This document shows positions 54,916-64,000 of a DNA stretch of 64,000 nt, in pieces. Made by a program: the position numbers and the translations under genes. Each line of letters starts with the position of its first letter. The first letter of the stretch is position 1. The notes beneath the pieces are model-generated. The model saw nothing but the letters and a program-made list of their open reading frames with translations, had not been told where the DNA came from and did not search any database. This stretch comes from Octopus sinensis (lineage: Eukaryota): contig NC_043020.1 of assembly GCF_006345805.1 (NCBI RefSeq), positions 24,304,001 through 24,368,000 on the forward strand. Direction: 5' to 3'.

Positions 54916-55243
54916 AAAATCAACATTGGTCGAATGTCGTAGCTGACTAACGACTCTCCTCCAAACCTGGGATGCACCCTGCTACTTGTACGATTCGAGA
55001 GGGACAGCTCAGACCCTTTCGTCAAACTAACTGGTTTACCATTCATTTTTAACATAAACCTGAGGCCAACATTTTGGCGGGGACAGGTTAGTCGATTAAC
55101 TTGACCCCAGGGTTTGACTGGAAGTTTGTTTCGTCGACCCCCGAGCGAGCGACGAACTCAGAACGGAAAACTCCGAAACTGAATGCGGCACAGCATTTTG
55201 TCCGATACTTTACGATAATAATAATAATAATAACAATAATAAC

Positions 55244-55281
<38 letters not shown>

Positions 55282-55288
55282 TAATAAC

Positions 55289-55324
<36 letters not shown>

Positions 55325-55526
55325 CCTTTCTACTGAAGGCACAAAGCCTGAAGTTTTGTAGGGGCGGGGGTCTTGTCGATTACATCGGTTCCAGTATTTC
55401 ACTGGTATTTAATTTATTGACTGCGAAAAGATGAACCGAGGTGGAATTTGAATTCAGAACTTAAGGACGAACGAAATAATGCTAGGCTTTTCGCCCGGCG
55501 TGCTAACGATACTGTTAGCTCGCAGC

Positions 55527-55585
<59 letters not shown>

Positions 55586-55625
55586 TAATAATAACAATAA
55601 TAATAATAACAATAATAATAATAAC

Positions 55626-55697
<72 letters not shown>

Positions 55698-55900
55698 CCT
55701 TTCTACTGAAGGCACAAAGCCTGAAGTTTTGTAGGGGCGGGGGTCTTGTCGATTACATCGGTTCCAGTATTTCACTGGTATTTAATTTATTGACTGCGAA
55801 AAGATGAACCGAGGTGGAATTTGAATTCAGAACTTAAGGACGAACGAAATAATGCTAGGCTTTTCGCCCGGCGTGCTAACGATACTGTTAGCTCGCAGCC

Positions 55901-55967
<67 letters not shown>

Positions 55968-56264
55968 TAATAATAACAATAATAATAATAACAATAATAA
56001 TAATAACAATAATAATAATAATAATAATAATAAATAATAATAATAATAATAATCCTTTCTACTGAAGGCACAAAGCCTGAAGTTTTGTAGGGGCGGGGGT
56101 CTTGTCGATTACATCGGTTCCAGTATTTCACTGGTATTTAATTTATTGACTGCGAAAAGATGAACCGAGGTGGAATTTGAATTCAGAACTTAAGGACGAA
56201 CGAAATAATGCTAGGCTTTTCGCCCGGCGTGCTAACGATACTGTTAGCTCGCAGCCTAATAATA

Positions 56265-56321
<57 letters not shown>

Positions 56322-56361
56322 TAATAATAACAATAATAATAATAACAATAATAATAATAAC

Positions 56362-56406
<45 letters not shown>

Positions 56407-56611
56407 CCTTTCTACTGAAGGCACAAAGCCTGAAGTTTTGTAGGGGCGGGGGTCTTGTCGATTACATCGGTTCCAGTATTTCACTGGTATTTAATTTATT
56501 GACTGCGAAAAGATGAACCGAGGTGGAATTTGAATTCAGAACTTAAGGACGAACGAAATAATGCTAGGCTTTTCGCCCGGCGTGCTAACGATACTGTTAG
56601 CTCGCAGCCTT
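55325..56611 (-). repeat. Tandem array of four near-identical 205-bp family A SINE copies separated by (AAT)n spacers
   Basis: Copies at 55325-55529, 55698-55902, 56054-56257 and 56407-56611; start-to-start spacings 373, 356 and 353 bp. Confidence 0.95.
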
Positions 56612-56659
56612 AATAATAATAATAATAACAATAATAATAATAACAATAATAATAATAAC

Positions 56660-56697
<38 letters not shown>

Positions 56698-57283
56698 TAA
56701 TAATAATAACAATAATAATAATAACAATAATAGGGCTATATATATGAATATACACATATATACACACACATGTGTGTGTGCATATATATATATATATATG
56801 TGTGTGTGTTGTATGAGTGTGTAACTACACATGTATATGCATGGAAACTCACTTATATCTATGTATAAGCATATACACGTACATGTATTCATACACACGC
56901 GTACATTGATGTCTGTATATATATATATATATATATATATACATACACACACACATAGACAAGTACGTCGAATGTCTTTATCTTGCACACCATTCATGTC
57001 ATAACATGTCATGGCTGCCAACGGGATATATTTTAATTACATCATATCTTGTCTGAGGATGGTTGTTACATCACTGAGTCCCTTCTTCTCATGCCATCCA
57101 GTGCAGATAAGAGGTGATGATAATGAACGAGTGTATATATGTGTAAGTGTGTGTGTGTGTGTTTGTATATGTGTGCGAGTGTATGTATATCTTCTCTTGC
57201 AAATATTCTAGAGATGTTGAACCATTCTCCACATGAAGGTTTGTATATACTGTTACCGTGCATGTATACGTGTGTGTGAGAAC

Positions 57284-57375
<92 letters not shown>

Positions 57376-59127
57376 GTGCGTGTATGCGTGCGTATGTGTA
57401 TGTGTGTGTATGTTTGTGTGTATGTAATTGTGTCGGTGTACGTGTATGGTAGAGATATCAAGCAGGGCAGATGAGCAAAGGAGTTCGTTTTCCAATCCAG
57501 AGCTCTCGGATTCAATGCTCCATCATGACATCTTGAACAAGGTCCTTTTGTTTCCCCTTAGCCGTTGTGGTTCTTTAGATCCAGTGCAGTGCTGTTTGAA
57601 CAATGTAGGTTCAATTCCAGTCGTTCTGTCTAGCTAAGCCTCCATTGATATAGGCTGTGTGTTTGTGTGTATGAAGTTATTGATTCTGTGTGTGTGTATA
57701 TGTATGTGTGCTCGTGTGTGTGTATGTGTGCTCGTGTGTGTGCTCGTGTGTGTGCTCGTGTGTGTGTACAGTATTCTTGCTATAACAACATTAAATCCAT
57801 TATTATGTCACGTAGTACAGAAAGGGTACGGAAGCTTTTGAATGATTCTCCCTAAGGGCAGGAGCATGTATATGCTCGCGCACATGCGTGCTAATGTACA
57901 CAGCGCGTGTATTTGTGATTGTGTGACTATGTGCAAGCTGGTGCTCGCTTACTCATGTGTGTGTGCGTGAGTGTGGTTACGTGTGTTTGTATGTGCGTAG
58001 ATAGAGGATTGTTGGTCAAAGCCCATACCCAGTTAAACATGTACCACGTGTCTGGCCCCTCGAGCGTCTTTAGTTGAAGTCACTCCTTTCCAAGCATTCA
58101 GACAAGGTCTCCGCTCACAGAACTTCCTACATATCTCCCATCTGTCACTACTCTTTTTAATTTAACAAACAGATTCCATGAATTAAGCAGAATTGTTAGA
58201 GAGTTGTACAAAATTCTTTGTTGTGTTTCTTACACGTTTCTGTGCTTTGGGTTCGAATTTAGCCAGAGGTCAACTTAGGTTTTATACTTTTTAAGGCGAT
58301 GAGATAGTTTCCATTCATTTTTAACTATAAAGTTTATCAACTGAATCAAGTTTGAGGAGCATGTATACAGTGAAACATGTGACTATTTGTAGCGAATCAT
58401 TTATATTTTAATTTACTCTAACATTTAGTATTATAATTTTAAATATAATTTGTAATATCATTATCCACGTCTAACCTTGTCATGTGTCATTTAATTGCAA
58501 CTGGCTTCTAGTTATTAACTAACCTCTTTCATATACAGTATGTATGAATGTGTTTATGTGTATACATACATATATATGTGTGTGTGTATGCGTGTATGTG
58601 TGTGGTGTATTCTAAATTTCGCTATGTCTACACCAACCGCCAGATGTCGCAATAAACTTGCACGCAATAATCTTTCATCACCAAGAAGCCTCACAGCTCA
58701 CCTAGGCTTTCAATTTTGTCATTTTCTACCCATAAGCCTTTAGTGTTTAAAACGTCAGGAATTTTATGAATAGAAGTTATAAGGTTAAGGATTACCGTCT
58801 AGATTTGATGTACAATTTGAAATTTTCTTGAACACACTCTCACACGCATACACACACATCCAATAACAATATTTCCGCAATAACCATCAAGATTTCATAA
58901 TTGCTTTCATGAAATAATGTCATTGAAATATAAAGAATCCTTAGAACTTATCCAATTTGGCCGTCATCTCCTTAAAAAGAAGACCGCAGGATTTGAAGCA
59001 TTGAGATATATTAACTATAATCTTCATAGGATTTGACGTAAGAGCTCGCTGAGTGAGATTTGGCTCTTATGTCTGGAAAGTTGACTTACAATCTAGAATT
59101 TTGCTCAAAGTCTTCATTCGAAGAGTC

Positions 59128-59540
59128 CTGTAGCTGTGTGGTAAGGAGATTGCTTTCCAACCATGTGGTTCCAGATTCAGACTCACTGTATAGTACTTTT
59201 GCCAAGTTTTTTTCAATAGCCTCAGACCGACCAAAGACTTGTGAGTGAATATGGTAGATGAAAACTGAAAGAAGTCCGTTGTGTATGTATATATATATAT
59301 ATATATAATATGTGTATGTCAGTGTTCCACATCCACAAGTGCTTGATAACCACTGTCAGTGCGTTTACGTCCCCATAATTTAGCGGTTCAACAAAGGTAG
59401 GTGTACGATAGAGCAAGTACCAGGTTTTACAGAAATAGTAAGTACTGGGGTTTGTAAGTAATGTTTGTTTGACTAAAATTCTCCAATACAGTGCCTCAAC
59501 ACGGCCGCCGTCTAATTGCTGAAACAAGTCAAAGATAATA
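59128..59540 (+). mobile_element. Family B SINE, degenerate full length
   Basis: GTAGCTGTGTGGTAAGGAG...CCAACCATGTGGTTCC...GCGTTTACGTCCCCATAATTTAGCGGTTC...GGCCGCCGTC. Confidence 0.8.
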
Positions 59541-61034
59541 TATATATATATATATAATATATATATATATAATTTGTTCTTCAGACCCTCTTCCAAAAAG
59601 TTTATCTATCCAATAATGAGGTTTTACGAGTGATAAAACTAGAAAATTAAGACTCAGTTTTCAAGTTTTATCACTCAGTCGAAAGATACACGGGTAACTG
59701 GATAATTATGCGTAGTTAAGTAATTATTTTTTATGGTACGTATCTGTGTGGTTATCGTTTTGCATTCACGATTGTAAGATCGCAGTTTTCGATCGGGTGG
59801 TCCGTTATGTCCGTTGTGTTCAGGTCTAAATAAGTAACATTACAACGGACTAGCATTCATCCGGGAAGAATGCTGTGAGTTTGATCATTTATATGTCTTG
59901 GAAACAAGTATACAATACAGAGTTCTAGCCCTCGGAACAATAATGTCCAGAGAGTAATCATGCATATTATGAAGGTGCCTGGCCAGGTAGTTGGGCAATC
60001 GGCCTCTTGATCACGAGGTCGCAGGTTCGATTGCCATTCCAGGATGTTCGTTTTATCATTGAACAAGGCTCTTTACTTGATGTTCCATTCAATTCAGCTA
60101 GTAAAAAAAAACTATTTAGAGTGACCGAGTACCAGGTCAGTTTCCCGTTCGTATGACAGTATTTATGAATCAGAGGTACGTCCAAAAATATGAAAAAGGG
60201 GTACCATCCACCAGTAGACACTATATATGTCATACCTTCTTTGCCTGTTACTTATACATTTTACGCTGCAGTGTTTTAAAATTTTGAATACAACTCACAG
60301 ACACTCAGTAATTACAATGACGATCTCTATCGGGACACGACCCACGATGCGAACTGACGACCGAGAGGCTTACTATGGGGTTCGAACTATGATGTGTTGG
60401 TAAAGAAAATTTGGTTGTTCACATGACACATGGGTGCATTCCGTGTCTTTTGTTGTGACGTGTGTAGACTGTGCCTGTTTGAAGCTTATTTCCGGAAGCT
60501 TTAAATGATGAAAGGGTGCTACCAGCTACATAAATGTATCTGTGTGTGTGTGTGTGCGTGTGTGTATGTGTGTGTGTATGTGTGTGTGCGTGTGTGTGTA
60601 TGTGTGTGTCTGTGCGTGCGTGTGTGTCCCTGTGATAGTATGTGTTTGTAGAGATGTGGCAACGTACACGACATCAAAGTTACAAAACAAAGAATGACGG
60701 CGACAACACTGAACGTTAAGATACCTGAAACGTGGTCAGAGAGTAAGTCACGTTAGTGTACGTGCGAAGGCACTGTGTGACAGGACACTTCCTGTCCAAG
60801 AGATGAGAGACGATTGAAACCCTAAAACAGGCAATTTCACTGGCAGATTCTCGTTGTCAGTTACGGCTGAGATATTTAGTGACACAAACATTGATTTTCG
60901 CCACCGAAGTTCTCAAGAGAGTGAGAACTCGCTCGTGCGTGTTAAATGAGAATACAAGTTTGACAGAACATGTATATATGTGTATGTTTGCACTTGTGTG
61001 TGATATTGGGCGAGGTTATATTTAAGTAGAACCT

Positions 61035-61083
<49 letters not shown>

Positions 61084-61640
61084 TCATATATATATACACA
61101 CATACACAAACACACACACATATTTCCCTGCCTCAGTTTCCGAATATATTATGCAATGTATAACGAATCCACTTCCTCTCACTCGCTAGCTGGCTACCTT
61201 TCTCTTTCTCTCTCCCACACACACAGGTATATATATATATACGCACGTACATATATTTATGAAACGACTAGTACATGTTCCATCATGAGCAGCTGAAAAT
61301 GCCCACCTGGGACCTAATTTTACGACGAGATTATTAACATGTCGACGTACACGTATATATTTATTGATATTCGTCACTGCTAGTAGATCGCCATTAGTTT
61401 TTGTGAAAACCATTCACTTGTTCACCCAACCATGCTATTTATTCAAGTAGTTGAGTACACCACAGAAAAATGGACCCTTAATATTTAAATTGCGGTTTGA
61501 AGGGTATATTTATGAAAATAGTCCCGAATGATTTTATGATTCTGAAGAATTCAAGACTTTGGAACACTATTACAGCATGAAAATAATTATGATATATGAT
61601 GACACCGTAATATATACAGCAATAGTGATGGAGACTAATC

Positions 61641-62140
61641 TTTTCTATTCTAGGCACAAGGCCCGAAAATTTTGAGTAACTGGTACTGATATTCAACCCC
61701 GAAAAGGATAAAAGGCAAAGTCGATCTCGGCGGAATTTGAACTCAGGACGTAAAGACAGACGAAATACCACTAAGCATTTCTCCCAGCGTGTTAACGATT
61801 CTGCCAACTCGCCGCCTTACTTTATAGAAATATTATTTTCTCCTTTAAGCACAAGGCCCGAAATCTTTGTTGAGTGGGGGGCGACAGTCAGTTAGATCGA
61901 CTCCCAGTACGCAACTGGTACTTGTGATTGTGACTAATGCCCTTAGTCTATTTAGTGACGAATATATTTCTGCCTTTTTGTTTTTCGGTTCTAAAATTGC
62001 GTCGAACATAGTGATTAGTGGGTTTTCTTCTGCTAATTAACGTTCTGAGTTCAAATACCACCGATGTCTTTCACCGTTTCAGGATCGATTAAATAAAATA
62101 TCATTCAAGTACTAGGATCGAAGTAATCGACTTGCTTCGC
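61641..62140. mobile_element. Family A SINE cluster: 61641-61818 (-), 61845-61923 (-), 62025-62140 (+)
   Basis: Family A motifs in both orientations. Confidence 0.8.
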
Positions 62141-63225
62141 TTGTGATTCTTATTTCTGAAAATTACTGACTTTCTACCAAAGCTAGAATTGCTTTCCTTG
62201 TTTGGAAATTCCATCAAGACGTAGCAAAGAATTGCAGCACGATCGCTGTCGTTATTGACCAGACCAATTCGATTGATCGCCAATTGATAGGTAATTGGAT
62301 ATTAGAAAATTAATTAACTGTTGGTTATATGACGAGGAGTGAGTTTTCTAATAAATGGACCAAAAACGAAAATAAGAGAGAATTGAAGGGTTTTTTCCCC
62401 TCGTATTTGTGGTAAATATAAGCATATATTTCGGGATTAAAGCTCATTTCTGCAATAATCTTATCTAATCGAAAAACCTCTTCTTCTTCTTCCACACATT
62501 CAGATACATACACAAACACTCGTTCATATGCCACATAAACAAATATACACACGCATACACACAGACACAGAAAACTATGCATTCACTGAGATATTCACTC
62601 ATACACACAACATATACAAACGCACACTCATATACACACACAAAGAAACATTCAATTATACACACACACACACACGTGTATACATACACAAAGACTTTCA
62701 CACCCCGCACATATTTACATATACTCATACACACGCATATGCATACATACAGAAACCCTCACTTATATGCACACACACACACACACACACACACACTTTA
62801 TTAAGACTTGCAAACATACATTAGAGCTTACTTCAACGTAATACTGTCGACCATCAAAAAACCTGAAATTAATAAAATATTAAATGCCATGTACAGAACC
62901 AATTCCTAAAATCCTGGGGACCAAAATTATAATCCCATCCCTTACAGAACACTTCACACCCACTCAAAATGCATAAACGAAAATAAGAGAAAAAAAGCAG
63001 CAAATTTCTCTTGAGAAAAAGAAGTAATAAACACACAAAAAGAGAAGAAAAAATAATTTAAAAAACAGAGAAAAATGTCAAATTTAAGACGATGTATTTA
63101 AAAAGTCTTTGAAATTCCGCTGCCAAATTTTGGCTGTAGTAAATCTTCATAATGAATAAATCAGCAACTTTGGATTTAGATATTTCAAAAAAGAATGTTA
63201 TATGGATGAATGAAAGCCATTTGCC

Positions 63226-63298
<73 letters not shown>

Positions 63299-64000
63299 TT
63301 GGCTTTGGTGTTTTTGTTTTTGTCGGCGTAGCATAAGATTTAAATTTCTTTTGATATTTGACTTAGACACAAGTCACGCGTTGCATCCAGGTTAAACTAG
63401 ATTTTGTTTATGAATCGCCGACAAATGTCTATCATTTTATTCGTGTGTGTGTGTGTCTACATATCTGTACATACAAGCATATTAATGCATTCGCATAGAC
63501 ATTTATAAACATATACACATGTATTAATATTCGGAGTTTTTATGCGTAGTTTTTTATCTACAATTGGCGACAAACACGCAAATCGACGTTTCACTCAAAA
63601 GCGTTTGCTAGACTATCATATTTCTTCTAAGGGATAGGGTTGAGAGTTTCTTCGAAGTTTCTGTCAAACTCTTCCTGGCAAAAGTAATATGGCCAGGCAG
63701 AAACGAATGTATTAGTATGTATGTGTTATGCGAATATGTAGAGTGAGGGCTGAGACCTACATAGGTTTCAGTTAGTAGTCGAGTTTCATTCTCAGAAATA
63801 TTTCAGGCCCCTAAGCAGGGTAAGAAACCGGCTACATTCCTTTCAGCGGCCTATCGTTTTCCTTGGTCAATATCTTTGGCTGTACGTGTGTTTGTGCACG
63901 TATTTATATATTGGCCAATACGTCGTATCTATTCGATACGAAAAGATATCTGATGCTTTTCCAATGACCACAAAGGGTGGTAAAAGTAATAACGAATCAT

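Noticed and set aside
55325-56611. CRISPR-like repeat-spacer appearance
   Set aside because: Repeats are 205-bp SINE copies, spacers are AAT microsatellite, there are no cas genes, and the context is eukaryotic.

Overview
AT-rich, microsatellite-saturated animal genomic DNA, very probably an Octopus species: three abundant tRNA-derived SINE families match the octopus OK/OR1/OR2-type set as I remember it. I found no supportable host protein-coding exon, rRNA, true tRNA or CRISPR array; the window looks intergenic or deep intronic, with one 100-N gap. Nearly all ORFs in the six-frame track are translations of simple repeats. The real coding remnants come from retroelements: a Penelope-like element (RT thumb + GIY-YIG), an RTE LINE 3' end, an R4/Dong-type CCHC fragment, and weaker RTE endonuclease and Tx1-like RT fragments. 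The two most interesting signals are (1) several small elements, mostly embedded in TA repeats, carrying degenerate type I hammerhead-ribozyme motifs, including a 165-bp palindrome with a hammerhead on each strand (18164-18328), and (2) a very young tandem array of near-identical SINE + (AAT)n units beside an older tandem array of the same SINE in opposite orientation. All calls were made by eye, with no database search or folding software.
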